Shown one piece after another: positions 12,301 to 27,300 of a stretch of DNA of 64,000 nt. Made by a program: the position numbers and the translations under genes. Below the pieces are notes generated by a model. It searched no databases. It worked only from the letters and a program-made list of their open reading frames with translations, and had not been told where the DNA came from. Every line of letters starts with the position of its first letter. The stretch's first letter is position 1. Origin of the DNA: Tubiluchus corallicola (Eukaryota; Animalia; Priapulida). The DNA is taken from positions 20,731 to 84,730 of the forward strand of contig JAQGDQ010000641.1 in assembly GCA_030141605.1 (NCBI GenBank), read 5' to 3'.

Positions 12301-15300
12301 AAAAACAAAACATTGAAAACAAGATCGAAACAAGTTTACAGACGACGTAAGTATCATTGTCTCAATGTACTCCATTACAAACTGTGCACATTAGGTAAGT
12401 GTAATCACAGAAAACACTGCCCACAGAGGTTAATACCACTGAATGCTCTATTAACATAATCAGTATGTCCAACATAACATAAATGTCCAACAGCTCCCAT
12501 AAGTGGTTTAACCTGACTGTTCAGAGCACAGGTGTGTAATGCCAGACAGGTGACTACATCATTAACCTGACTGAACTATTATGCTGACATTTGCTGTGGA
12601 AAGTTTATTTTTTACAACAGTGAACTGTGGAGGATTAGAAGCCATGCTGTAGCCTATACAGGTACACAACTCTGAGCTTGACCTACTTTGCTGTTAACAC
12701 TGATTGTAGGACAACTACTGCTACGTTGCTGTAAAGCTTTAGACTGCTGTGTGGAAATAATAATGTCACAGTCTGGAAAGAAGGAACTTTCTCAGCAAGC
12801 AGATAGTATTAGTGATGAGAGTACCCCACTTATGGGAGCTGTTGAACATTTATGTTATACTGGACATACTAATTATGTTAATAAAGCATTCAGTGGTATT
12901 AACCTCTGTTTACAGTGTTTTCTGTGACTACAGTAAGGTTAGGTAAATGAAGAAAAAACACAAAGATTTCGTTTATTTGTGTAAAGACATTGCCTTTTTG
13001 CCAGCATGTAACACGTATATTTTGCTCCTGATTAAATGATTTACTGTTTAATCGCCAATTATATCAATTTACACTTGGTTTTAATCATGATTAATTCGAT
13101 TAATCCATTAACTGCTCATCACTAATATATGGCAGATATAAATATATAAAAATTTTGAATTAGTAACAAATGTCTTAACCTCTGAGCTGAACTTAAAATC
13201 TGTGATTTCAAGATGGAACCTTGGACAAAATTATGAAAATTAAAATTTCAAGGACGACCAAACGATTGTTTAGACTCAATCTCATTTTAATTTACTGTCC
13301 AAAATATACATTTTCTTGCCTACAAAAGTTAATTATTTCTAATATTTGAATAATCAGCTTAGAAAGTTAATTAACGGCAACCGAACACAGCTAGTGCTTA
13401 CGTCACAAACTAACCACAGTTTGTGCAATGGCAGGTGTCTTCCCTTGCACTTCAAGCACATTTGCATAAGTGTTACAGTACTGTTTAGACGTGTGATGTC
13501 ACGAAAATGGGCTCTACGTCAAATGACGTCAGAAACTAACACTGCAGTTCATGATCATGATTATCACGGTACCGCCTTCTATTTGTCGACCACGTAAATG
13601 TGACAAAAAGGTGCCGCTACCAATCTTAGTAGATTCACTGAGCCACGAGTAGCTTTGAAAGTTTAACGAAATTAGAGTATCCGAGGTAATTATTATTTAA
13701 TGTAAGCTTCGATTTCAAAAAAAGCTATCGTGGTTTTCAATATTTTAGAGGATTCTCAACTCGTGTTTAGACAATCATCCGGTTTTCCTTTCAGTTTTCA
13801 TAAAATCGAAATCGAAATGAATTTGGCAACTCCACTTGAGAACTTTCCTATCGGGAGAAAGGTAGTTTTATTGGAACGCAGCTCACATTTAACCTCGGCG
13901 CAAGCGCACATCCTGTTATTTACCAACTTTGCCCTCTAGCTGATGCCATAATGCAGCTGTCCGGTATTAATAAACACCCATCAAGAAGCTATGTGTATAT
14001 GGAATGCTATATACAGGGTGCTCTAAAAGAAACGGTACAGTCGAAATATGATAAAATAAACCCATGTAATTCAAAGTAAAGCATAACTGGAATGCTATAT
14101 ACAGGGTGCTCTAAAAGAAACGGTACAGTTGAAATATGATAAAATAAACCTATGTAATTCAAAGCAAAGCATCACTGGAATGCTATATACAGGGTGCTCT
14201 AAAAGAAACGGTACAGTTGAAATATGATAAAATAAACCTATGTAATTCAAAGTAAAGCATAACTGGAATGCTATATACAGGGTGCTCTAAAAGAAACGGT
14301 ACAGTCGAAATATGATAAAATAAACCTATGTAATTCAAAGCAAAGCATAACTGGAATGCTATATACAGGGTGCTCTAAAAGAAACGGTACAGTCGAGATA
14401 TGATAAAATAAACCTATGTAATTCAAAGTAAAGCATAACTGGAATGCTATATACAGGGTGCTCTAAAAGAAACGGTACAGTCGAAATATGATAAAATAAA
14501 CCTATGTAATTCAAAGCAAAGCATAACCGGAATGCTATATACAGGGTGCTCTAAAAGAAACGGTACAGTCGAAATATGATAAAATAAACCTATGTAATTC
14601 TAAGTAAAGCATAACTGATATGCTATATACAGGGTGCTCTAAAAGAAACGGTACAGTCGAAATATGATAAAATAAACCTATATAATTCAAAGTAAACCAT
14701 AACCGAAATGCTATATACAGGGTGCTCTAAAAGAAATGGTACAGTCGAAATATGATAAAATAAACCTATGTAATTCAAAGCAAAAAAATTGTCTATATAG
14801 CAAAAATTTCAAATAATGTGCCTCCGAATAGAAATTTTCAGAGGAAGTGGTTGCCGTCATTCATGACTTCGTGACTTTCGTAAGCGCATCGTGGCTTTCT
14901 GCAAACATGCACTGCTTAAACTAATTAAAATTTCTGCAGTTAACCTAGCATTCATGCTAAAAAAATTACAAAACATTTTTTTTGTAAAAACTCATTTTAC
15001 TTTTGACAAAGATTGACAGTGCGCTACTTTTCTTCAAGACGAATGACGTCATTGGAAGAAGAATTGGCATTGAAAACAGGAGCGCCCAAACATGAAGTGA
15101 TCGGGATTTTAAAGTGATTTTACTAGTAACATGAGATGCTTATTGCAGTTTTACTGCTAAATCCTTCTAACACAGGGGTGTGCAAATTGCGGCCCGCGAA
15201 GAGATTTGTCAACCTAATGAAAGTACGGCCCTGGCGAGATTAATTGAGTGTATCCAGCTGAAGTCCGTGCCACAATCCCAAAGATAGTGCGGGTAGTTTT

Positions 15301-18300
15301 TTCTACTAGATCGGATGCCATTAACCCTTACAAGACGGTTGTAGCTTAATGTCACTGTACTACACAGACTGTGTGATACACATTACTAATTTGCATTGTA
15401 ATGAAATTACCACTATCTGTCCTGAAAGTAGAAATATATGATTTGTAATATAAATTTCAATAACTTCTAAAATAGTTTCTTGAGTGTAGTAGTAATGATG
15501 TACGCAGATCGGATGCAAAAAAATCGTTATTAGGCCTTTCTGTACTTGGCTTCTTGATCAAACTGCCTGTGGCCTGCAAGAATTGCGGGAAAGTTTAATG
15601 TGGCCCGGCTAGTCAGATAATTTGCACACCCCTGTTCTAACATTTTTCGTGAACATTGAAATAAGCCAAACCGCCTAGAAAGACTTGAAGTCTCCTTTAA
15701 TTTGTGCTACGTTATATTGACGTTTCCTTTAATTTGTGCTACGTTATATTGACGTTTCCTTTAATTTGTGCTACGTTATATTGACGTTTCCTTTAATTTG
15801 TGCTACGTTATATTGAGGTTTCCTTTAATCTGTGCTACGTTATATTGACGTTTCCTTTAATCTGTGCTACGTTATATTGACGTTTCCTTTAATTTGTGCT
15901 ACGTTATATTGACGTTTCCTTTAATTTGTGCTACGTTATATTGAGGTTTCCTTTAATCTGTGCTACGTTATATTGACGTTTCCTTTAATCTGTGCTACGT
16001 TATATTGACGTTTCCTTTAATCTGTGCTACGTTATATTGACGTTTCCTTTAATTTGTGCTACGTTATATTGACGTTTCCTTTAATTTGTGCTACGTTATA
16101 TTGACGTTTCCTTTAATCTGTGCTACGTTATATTGACGTTTCCTTTAATCTGTGCTACGTTATATTGACGTTTCCTTTAATTTGTGCTACGTTATATTGA
16201 CGTTTCCTTTAATTTGTGCTACGTTATATTGACGTTTCCTTTAATTTGTGCTACGTTATATTGACGTTTCCTTTAATTTGTGCTACGTTATATTGACGTT
16301 TCCTTTAATTTGTGCTATGTTATAATGACACCCCTTCGTAGTCACTTTCTAGAAGCCAGTTACTTTGTAATGTTATCTTTTGACTAATCAGCTGTATCAC
16401 TGTACAGGGACCTGGCTTCATCCTGCAGGATGCGGTAAACAACAGCTCGCATCCTGGGAAACCAGCGCAGCATCCTCATCAATCGGCGAGCTAAATTTGT
16501 TCTATATGTTTCAGTCTCTGCGCGGATTAAACGAAACTGCTGCAACAGCCAGTCGACTGTCTACCGGAGCAGGAATAAGAGGAGGAGAGGAACGATTTCG
16601 GCATTCGAAAAAACTCTCCTCTATTTTTACACGCCGCCCTGGTGTCAGCAAATGTGCACCAGGCTCACATAATCGACTCCAGGCACTTGAAAATAAAGTT
16701 ACTGTACTCGCTAAACTGAAATAAAAAACAACCGATGCTTATTTTCACTTTAATTCAAATGTTGTGTCTCTCCACCAATGTGACTTTGACCACACGCCGC
16801 CCTGGTGTCAGCAAATGTGCACCAGGCTCACATAATCGACTCCAGGCATTTGAAAATAGAGTTACTCTACGCGCTAAATTGAAATGAAAAACAATCGATG
16901 CTTATTTTCAATTTAATTCAAATGTTGTGTCTCCCCACCAATGTGACTTTGATCACAAACACAATCCTAGCTCATTAGCACTTCAAAACATGCTGTACAC
17001 GTCCAATTAAGTACGTAAGTAAGTAAATACGTATAGCTCTTTCTGTTCTCATTAAAACTTACCTTGGCTTTTGCTTTAAGTTTGCTATAAATTCAAGCAA
17101 TATCTAAACAAACTGATTTATACTAATCCAATTAACTACTAAAACTACTAATTTAAGTTTGGTATAGATTCAAGCAATATCTAAACAAACTGATTTATAC
17201 TAATCCAATTAACTACTAAAACTACTAATTTAAGTTTGGTATAGATTCAAGCAATATCTAAACAAACTGATTTATACTAATCCAATTAACTACTAAAACT
17301 ACTAATTTAAGTTTGGTATAGATTCAAGCAATATCTAAACAAACTGATTTATACTAATCCAATTAACTACTAAACTACTAATTCAATTTATACATCTACT
17401 AATAAATTTACAATATATCAATAAAAAAATCTTCAAGACAAATTTTTGGTAATTAAAAGTGTATAGAAGAGAGGAAAATATACAATATATATAAATATAT
17501 ATATATATATATATTCAGAGAGGCAAGTATTCAAAATTTGTTATTTTAATTAAAAAGATAATAATTAAGACAGATAGCCTAAGAGGTGCAGTAAAGTTAA
17601 AACATTTTTATTGAGGTCATTTTAATCAACATTTTCTATTTAAATTACAGTATACTGAGTTTGCATAAGTCAAGATAGCTATAAATGTTAGATGTGTTTT
17701 TACAAATTACACTAACAATTAATGGGTTATTTAAACCGTTATTTAGCCACTATATCACCATTATTTAGCCACTATATCACCATTATTTAGCCACTATATC
17801 ATCATTATTTAGCCACAATATTAGCATTCAATGAGATTAGATTATTATATAGCAAAGTTCCATACGGCACGACGGGCAGCTCAAAACAGATTCACACATT
17901 AAGAACAAGGACATTTCAAGAACATTAGGCTATAAAGTTGAGAGAAAACGGTTGAGGGGGCAAAAGGAAAGCAGTAATGTTAAAAGAGCAGTTAACGGAG
18001 AGGAAAAATGGTTGTTGAGCGCACAGTTACTATCACGATATAATTTACTTGTCTGTTAAAACTGTCTTCATTTCATGTATCAGTATCATAATTCACTACT
18101 TCCACCAGCTTTTCAGTCATACTTTAGTCCAGTTTCAAATCAACATGATCATTACACAAGATATTCAGTCGGAAACTATGTACTCCCTCTTCCAAAAACA
18201 AATATAATGAAACTGTCGTCAAAATATAATGTTATTAAAATATGGTCATCAATTCCGCGTGAAATGAAAACTCTTAATCTTTATCAATTTAAAAAAGCAT

Positions 18301-21300
18301 CAAAGAATTACCAACTACAACGGTATAATTAACTCACAATTTTACTCATCCTGATCTTAAGTTACTAACAAAACTTATTTTGTTCTAATGTACGTTATAA
18401 CTGATGAAAATGTAATGTTAATTGTCAATTGTTTCACTTATCTGGAGGAGGACTCGAAAGCTCAATGCTCCTTCCTCCTCCTCACAGTAACTCGTTTAGT
18501 TTATTTACTTTTTTTTCAATGTTATATCAATTTATATGTAAATTTGTGTTGCTGTGGAATAAATTCATAATTCATAATTCAAACAAGTTGGTGACGTAAG
18601 TTATCATTTGTGTCACACGGGCGTTAGAACAAATTTTGCAGGATTATTGAGTTTTCTGGACACCCTGTATGTTCCAGTTTTGTAAGATCGTTCGAGTTAA
18701 GTTTGTTAATTTAAACATTTGAACTTTTTTCTCTGTGAAAACATGTCCCTATGTGGTTTCCTTTATTCCTGCGTAGTCAGTACCAGGCTTGAAGTAATGC
18801 AAAACATCCCGACATAATGAATATATACCAAGAACAAATATGGCGAAACACTTCTTTAGCTTAATGGGACCAGTCCTATGGAACAGACTAAGCCACAATT
18901 CAAAATGTAGTCACACCCTTTCAACTTTTAAAAAACCGCCAGAAAAGAAATATTTCAAAAGTATTACGAGTAACACAGTTTGATAATGGTAATCACCTGC
19001 ATTCTTTTTCCACAGTAATCTTAATAAAACATGACTATGCTCAACAAGTTACTGAACACTTTATAATCATGATCACAGTTTTTCTTAGTTCTCACTCCAT
19101 TTCATCTTTCATTCACTACTCCCCCCCCCCCACTTTTATGTATATATTATCATTATTTCAATTATTAATCACTTCTTTAAGATTTCCACGTACAGTTTGG
19201 CCTGTCAAGATATGCTTTTAAGCTCAAACTGTATGCATCAAAATTACTCTGTAATGTAATTTGCACATGTATATGCTGCATAAGAATCTCTTTTGTAATT
19301 TCTGGATAATATTGTATTTATATTTATATTTACTTCAGTGAAATTATCTGTATTTTTATTATAACTGTTAGATGCAGAGTGGAAATAAATAAACTTATAA
19401 ACTTATTATTATTATTAACTTATGATAATATGTAACTGCCACATCAGAACTGTTCAGATCTTACTAGCCAGGATACCTTGTTTAGCCAGTCATTAAAACA
19501 TTAACAATTTGTTTTAACGAAGATGATGAAACTTTGCTACCAGTAATTGCAAATTTCTGACTTAACAGTTTACTGACGTTCTGGGTTCTACTTACAAGTT
19601 CTGACATTTTCGTAATCTAAATTTGCGATTAAAACATACATTGGCAGTGGCAAAACTGTATCAAAAAATGTATATAATGTAATGAATGAAACACTAAACT
19701 TACCATGATTAACAAATTTTTTCACACCCATCATACTGCCCTGAATGATGACAGTCTTGAAATCCTCCGGATCTAAATAAACCACATCGTCGTCGGATCG
19801 GTCGGACAGCGAGCCCTTGGATTTGTTGGCGGTCATGTGATAACTCTTCTTCCACGCTTTCGGCAAGCTCGGCCGATGTTGCCGTTGCCGTTGTTGACGA
19901 ATGTTCCATAGCGGCTTGCTGTGATAGCCCTAAAATACAAACAACATGAATTAAATACGTATCCCGATTTATATTTACTATCTTTGGACACAGAGGGGAA
20001 TTTATAATCTTAAAACTAGAAAATAAATGATATTGAAGCCGGCAAACAATATTGGAACCATGTAGTCATGGCTGCCAAGATTGGATTAACCATATAAGTA
20101 AAATAAGCAGGTGCTTAGGGCCTCAGAGAAAAAGGGACCACACACGTGCTTCGGGCCTTAGGGAAAAAGGGACCACACACGTGCTTAGGGCCTCTGGGAA
20201 AAAGAGAACCCACACGTGCTTAGGGCCTCTGGGAAAAAGGGAACCCACATGTGCTTAGGGCCTCTGGGAAAAAGAGAACCCACACGTGCTTAGGGCCTCT
20301 GGGAAAAAGAGAACCCACACGTGCTTAGGGCCTCAGGGAAAAAGGGACCCCACACTTGCTTAGGGTCTCTGGGAAAAAGGGAACCCACACGTGGTTAGGG
20401 CCTCTGGGAAAAAGGGAACCCACACGTGCTTAGGGCTCTGGGAAAAAGGGAACCCACACGTGCTTAGAGCTTCAGGGAAAAAGGGACCCACACGGATTAT
20501 TTCAAATCAAGTAATTACCTAAAAGTAAAATATGTATACCCGAATATGTGTCTGTGCTTGTTTACAGAATGACAGTAGGGACGGGCATTGGGATTCTGGC
20601 TTCTGAGCTGCCCATATGATAACACAGATTCATTATATAATGTTAAATCTATATTTTTAATTTAATATCACTTTTTACATAACGTAAAACTGATGCCACA
20701 GCATTTACTGTAAATAAATCTTATGGAAACTTTTTTCATTTCGAAAATAAAAATTTGATTTCGTTTTTATTCTGAAATACGCATGTAGGAGGTGCCATAA
20801 TCTTTTCAGTGCTTAGGGCCTCATCGGGTCACAATCCGGCCCTGACGGGTTTGTTTTATAAAATGTAACAAGTACAAAGTTTCGGTCAATACGATCCAGA
20901 ATTTACTGGATTAACTTCGCAGAGGATGGACACAAATTTTTCACATTTATCTCTCAATGAGAAAGTTGCTGTTAAGAAAAGAGGCCGTTCAACACCTGAT
21001 CTTCAAATAAAACCACAACATTAAAATTACATGTTTGTTACGTTTTAAACAGTATTAAAATAATAGCTAGAAATTTTCTGAAGCAGCACCCCCAGTAATT
21101 TTAGCTATGAGCCGCCACTCCTTACTGTACAAGACCCTTGACAACTCTCAGAAGTCATAAGTCATTTATTTCACATTACACATTTACAATAGTTTCATGT
21201 ACAATATCTAGTGAAAGGGCCTACAATGAACGTAATACAAGTAAGAAATACTGCACAGGAAAAGCCTCAAACACTGTTCACTTATACATGAAGGTAAATG

Positions 21301-24300
21301 TGTTGCGGGCAATCAAAAAGCAGGGCTTGTTAGACTGTCCCACACAGTGATAGAAAAAGTAATGGAAATAATCTGAAAATTTAAAGTGAATCGTGTGATA
21401 AAAAAACATTAGTGCTTAAAATGGAATGATGTAATGAATGAAGCTCATATATGAGATGATATAAAAGAAAGAAAGACTATTATTTGTTAATAGTATGTAA
21501 AATTAAGATAACTTGATTAAGCTAACACCACTGTTTTGCAACTACTGTGTCTCGCAACACTTGTAGAGCATTCATACTGACCTGACAAACTATTAGCGAA
21601 ATTTAGCAAATGGACCACCGTACTACAGATGTTTCACTCACGCACACTGCTGCCACCTTTGACTCATTGTTTTGTTTGAAAACAAATAGCTGGACAAACA
21701 AATATACACCCCTAGCTTAGCGTTGTAAACCCAGTGCTACATCGACACTAAATTTAGCAACAATCAAAACTCCTCAGAGAATCCACTTCTGGCATCATGG
21801 TAAAATCAATCCATGATCTTGATTGTGTTTCATAAAATTAAAACACGGAGTATTGAAATGACAGATCAGATCAAAAATTCTCATCTACAAAAGTCTAATA
21901 TTACCACATTATCTATATGGTTGCACTTTACTTCAAAGCGTTAAATATGAAAACTTTAGAAAACTAAATACAATGCAAAACTACGCACTTAGATTAATTC
22001 ATGGCTATTCTAATAAAACTGCTAAACAACATGCTGCTTCTGCAACAAGCTTAAGAACTTCCACAAAAATCCCAATATTAGAAGCCTATCGCGATTACAA
22101 AACACTGATATTTCTTTATAAATATATCAATAAACTGAGCATTCCATTTATAAACAATCCCTTAGCATTCATTCCTGATACCACTTTAAACAATAGAACA
22201 TACAATTTAAAGCAAATTACAGTAAACAATAAATTTGGAAATAACTCTATATCAAAACAGGCCATACATTTATGGAACTTACTACCCAGTGAAATAAAAC
22301 TAATAGAATCTCTCCACCACTTTAAAAGGAAATTAAAAGAATATCAATATAACAGGTTTTAACTTCCAAATTATGCATCTGATACTAATTACACAGACTC
22401 AACTTTCATCTACCCCCGCCCCTGACTCCATAAAATGATTAAAAATGAAATTTTTTAAAAAAATTATGTAATGTAATACGTGTTATGTTAGTTTTGTAAT
22501 GTCAAATGCATAAATAGTGTAAATGTAATGAGTGAAATTTATGTAATGTAAAGCATGTTTCTGTTAATTGTGTCATGTCAATTGTATATATAGTGTAAAA
22601 TATGTCATATAAAATTTAATGTACTTTTGTAATATTATTTTGTAAAAATATTTTAATATTGTGTTTGTAAATATGTTCATTTATTGTATATAATTAGGCC
22701 TTAGTTTTGCACTTTAGTTTTATTTAGTATGCACTGGACGCATTTGTCTTGAACAGTGTTGTTATTTTAACATTACGCTGAGGTTTATTCAATTTTATTA
22801 TGAGGGAACCATTTTAATGACAAATAAAGAATTAATATATATATATATATATATAAACAGTAACTAAGGCATTGGAAATGAGTTTGCTATATATCAGAGA
22901 TGTCTGTAGTGTCTGTATTGCCAAAGTGAACTTCTTGTCTTCCTCCAATACGTAGTATGTGGAAAAGTCACCATGTGTTATTTACAAATATCGTTTTCTG
23001 TAAGTGGTGCTGACAAGCACTTTGAAAATGTATGTATAAAATGCAAAAGACATTTAATTCCATTTAGCTATCATCATTATGCATCATCAATCCAGATGAA
23101 ATGATAATTTTGTGGTTTCTTTCATACGAGCAGGTCTTATACTACAAACTTCGTCTCAGACATTGATTTAATAACCTTCCCTAAAGCCAGTTTTCTTGTT
23201 TTGAAAGCCGCACTTTCCGACGGATGACCAGTTGTTTCCTATTACTGGCCCTCTAGTTTCATTGGCGGATTTAGGGGTGGGTCTATGGGGCTCGGGCCCT
23301 CTCTTTCACGGGAACGGCTACAACACACCAAATTCATATTTTCTCTGACTTATAAGCATTAGAACGATTTGCTAAATCCTAAAGGTGCCTTATACCTGTA
23401 AAAATCATGTATGACAGGTGAAAGTTGTGAATATATTGGCAAGTAATTTTGAGTCGAAGGTGAGGTGACACCTGTTCTAAACTAATGAGCTTCCTTGAGG
23501 AAATGGCTTCCTTGAGGAAATGGCTTCTTGAAGGCAGAAAACTGGTCTGAAATATAGCAAAAAGTATTGTTGTCCGAGTGGACCTTACTTGGGAGCTTAC
23601 ACTGGTCCCCCAGTCCCCTAACTGCTTTCCCGTTATTCTGAAACCTGTATACGCCCCGGAGTTTATTATTCCAACATGCTATTGAATGCATAGGTACTAC
23701 AGCAATACTAGTAGAGGCAGACGATATACCAGCGAAAAGCTTGAAATGAACTTATTAAGAAACCACAACTCTGCAACTCATCTGGCAATTGGGTACTTAG
23801 GTGAAACAGCTATTGAACATTGATAACATCTTGCAAATACAACTAGACTAAACTACAGTTACTGAAATGAAAATAAAGAACACGATCTTCTACAACATCT
23901 AACTAGTATACTAATGAGTCTACTAAATCACTTAGTTATGTATTTTGCTATGATAAAAAATGGTGATTGTGATTCGACTGTATATCCCTATTATATATTA
24001 CCACTTCAAATGAATCACCACACATATGTATACTCTATACTCTATAGACCTATGTTCTCATTTTCGTACATACTTTCACCTGTATACTCTATATTCTATA
24101 GACCTGTGTTCTCATTTTCGTACATACTTTCACCTGTATATTCTATAGACCTGTGTTCTCATTTTCGTACATACTTTCACCTGTATACTCTATACTATAT
24201 AGACCTATGTTCTCATTTTCGTACATAGTTTCACCTGTATACTCTATACTCTATAGACCTGTGTTCTCATTTTCGTACATAGTTTCACCTGTATACTCTA

Positions 24301-27300
24301 TAGACCTGTGTTCTCATTTTCGTACATAGTTTCACCTGTATACTCTATAGACCTGTGTTCTCATTTTCGTACATACTTTCACCTGTATACTCTATACTGT
24401 ATAGACCTGTGTTCTCATTTTCGTACATACTTTCACCTGTATACTCTATACTCTATAGACCTATGTTCTCATTTTCGTACATACTTTCACCTGTATACTC
24501 TATAGACCTGTGTTCTCATTTTCGTACATACTTTCACCTGTATACTCTATACTGTATAGACCTGTGTTCTCATTTTCGTACATACTTTCACCTGTATACT
24601 CTATACTCTATAGACCTATGTTCTCATTTTCGTACATACTTTCACCTGTATACTCTATACTGTATAGACCTATGTTCTCATTTTCGTACATACTTTCACC
24701 TGTATACTCTATACTCTATAGACCTGTGTTCTCATTTTCGTACATACTTTCACCTGTATACTCTATACTCTATAGACCTATGTTCTCATTTTCGTACATA
24801 CTTTCACCTGTATACTCTATACTCTATAGACCTGTGTTCTCATTTTCGTACATACTTTCACCTGTATACTCTATAGACCTGTGTTCTCATTTTCGTACAT
24901 ACTTTCACCTGTATACTCTATACTCTATAGACCTGTGTTCTCATTTTCGTACATAGTTTCACATGTATACTCTATAGACCAGTGTTCTCATTTTCGTACA
25001 TACTTTCACCTGTATACTCTATACTCTATAGACCTGTGTTCTCATTTTCGTACATAGTTTCACCTGTATACTCTATACTCTATAGACCTGTGTTCTCATT
25101 TTCGTACATAGTTTCACATGTATACTCTATAGACCTGTGTTCTCATTTTCGTACATACTTTCACCTGTATACTCTATACTCTATAGACCTATGTTCTCAT
25201 TTTCGTACATACTTTCACCTGTATACTCTATACTCTATAGACCTATGTTCTCATTTTCGTACATACTTTCACCTGCATACTCTATACTCTATAGACCTAT
25301 GTTCTCATTTTCGTACATACTTTCACCTGTATACTCTATACTCTATAGACCAATGTTCTTATTTTCGTACATACTTTCACCTGTAAACTCTTCTGTATAG
25401 ACCTATGTTCTCATTTTTGTACATAGTTTCACCTGTATACTCTATATTCTATAGACCTATGTTCTCATTTTCGTACATACTTTCACCTGTAAACTCTTCT
25501 GTATAGACCTATGTTCTCATTTTCGTACATACTTTCACCTGTATATTCTATACTCTATAGACCTGTGTTCTCATTTTCGTACATACTTTCACCTGTATAC
25601 TGTATAGACCTGTGTTCTCATTTTCGTACATACTTTCACCTGTATACTCTATACTCTATAGACCTGTGTTCTCATTTTCGTACATACTTTCACCTGTATA
25701 CTCTATACTTTATAGACCTATGTTCTCATTTTCGTACATACTTTCACCTGTATACTCTATACTCTATAGACCTGTGTTCTCATTTTCGTACATACTTTCA
25801 CCTGTATACTCTATATTCTAGGCCTTTCTGTACTTGGCTCCTTGATCAAACTGCCTGTGGCCCGCAGGAATTGTGGGAAAGTTTAATGTGGCCCGGCTAG
25901 GCAGATAATTTGCACACCCCTGGTTTAAGCGCATCCACAGAGATAAACTGATAAACTTATTCCACTATAATTACTAGCACATGCGTCAAGGGTAAATAAC
26001 AATGCACCATAAGATGCAAATTTGAATTTTCAAGGTCAAGCTCAGAAGTTAGTAGGCAAAGAGTAACAGGCTAAATAGAAACTATAGTACACATTAAAAT
26101 TCAGAGTCATGTTTATGTCACAACAGCAAGCAGTAGAGGATGAAAATGTATATATACACTTGTAACAACTAAGTAATAAAAGTTTAGAAGCAGAAAGGAC
26201 TGCTACACTGACATTAAAGGACAACAGAAACCATTCTTAAAATGTACGTTAAAAAATCTACTCTTTAAAATATTGAAAGGAAACATACTATTTTTTTTAA
26301 AAAATGACTTATGTGAAAGAACTATTACCATACACATGCACGCACGCACGCGCACGCACACACACACACACACACACGCGCACGCACACACACACGCACA
26401 CACAATTTCATGTTCGCGATACTAGTTTTTCGCTGTTACATGCAATTTGCCATTCGCTCTCCGTGTTAGGACACTAGTGCCTGAATTTCGAAAATGCATT
26501 GCACAAAAAAAGCAGATGCTGTACCTCTCACTTCAGATGTGTTAGTTTCTAACGAACAACACACATTCGACAGGTCAGGCATAAGCACAGCGGTAAATTT
26601 GAAACTTGAATTTTTATCTTAAAACTTGCATAGTTTTAGTACAACACACTGAAGATCTTACACTGGACTTCAATTTTCGCTTACGCAAACACGTGCAACA
26701 CGTTCATGGAATATTTTTGCAGCTGAAAATAATGTTCGTCAACGAAGTCATCAATAGTTGGGCTCGCCTGCCGTTAATTAAGATTTCCATCTATTATCTA
26801 ACTATCAGAAATGCTTTTCCAATACTATTGGTGTTTAAATATATATTTTTACCGTACTTGAAAATGCGAAAGTATATGAAATATTATCCTTGTCTTCCAT
26901 TAACAAAGCAAGAGTTCTTCCATTAACAAAGCAAGAGTTCTTCCATTAACAAAGCAAGAGTTCTTCCATTAACAAAGCAAGAGTTCTTCCATTAACAAAG
27001 CAAGAGGTCTACCATTAACAAAGCAAGAGGTCTTCCATTAACAAAGCAAGAGTTCTTCCATTAACAAAGCAAGAGTTCTTCCATTAACAAAGCAAGAGGT
27101 CTTCCATTAACAAAGCAAGAGTTCTTCCATTAACAAAGCAAGAGGTCTACCATTAACAAAGCAAGAGGTCTACCATTAGCAAAGCAAGAGTATGATACCG
27201 ACGTAATCAATGACATCACATGAAAGATTGAAATACTGGGCACCAAATGCATTTTACTGCTCTAGGGTCCCTGGCTGGCCCTAAGGACAGCAAGGAGATA

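Noticed and set aside
16380-16724. 114-aa ORF
   Set aside because: No recognisable domain, TTG start, runs into a tandem duplication.
23914-25900. ORFs resembling zinc-finger repeats ([11 protein letters not shown])
   Set aside because: 54/47-bp array; the frame shifts with each short unit.
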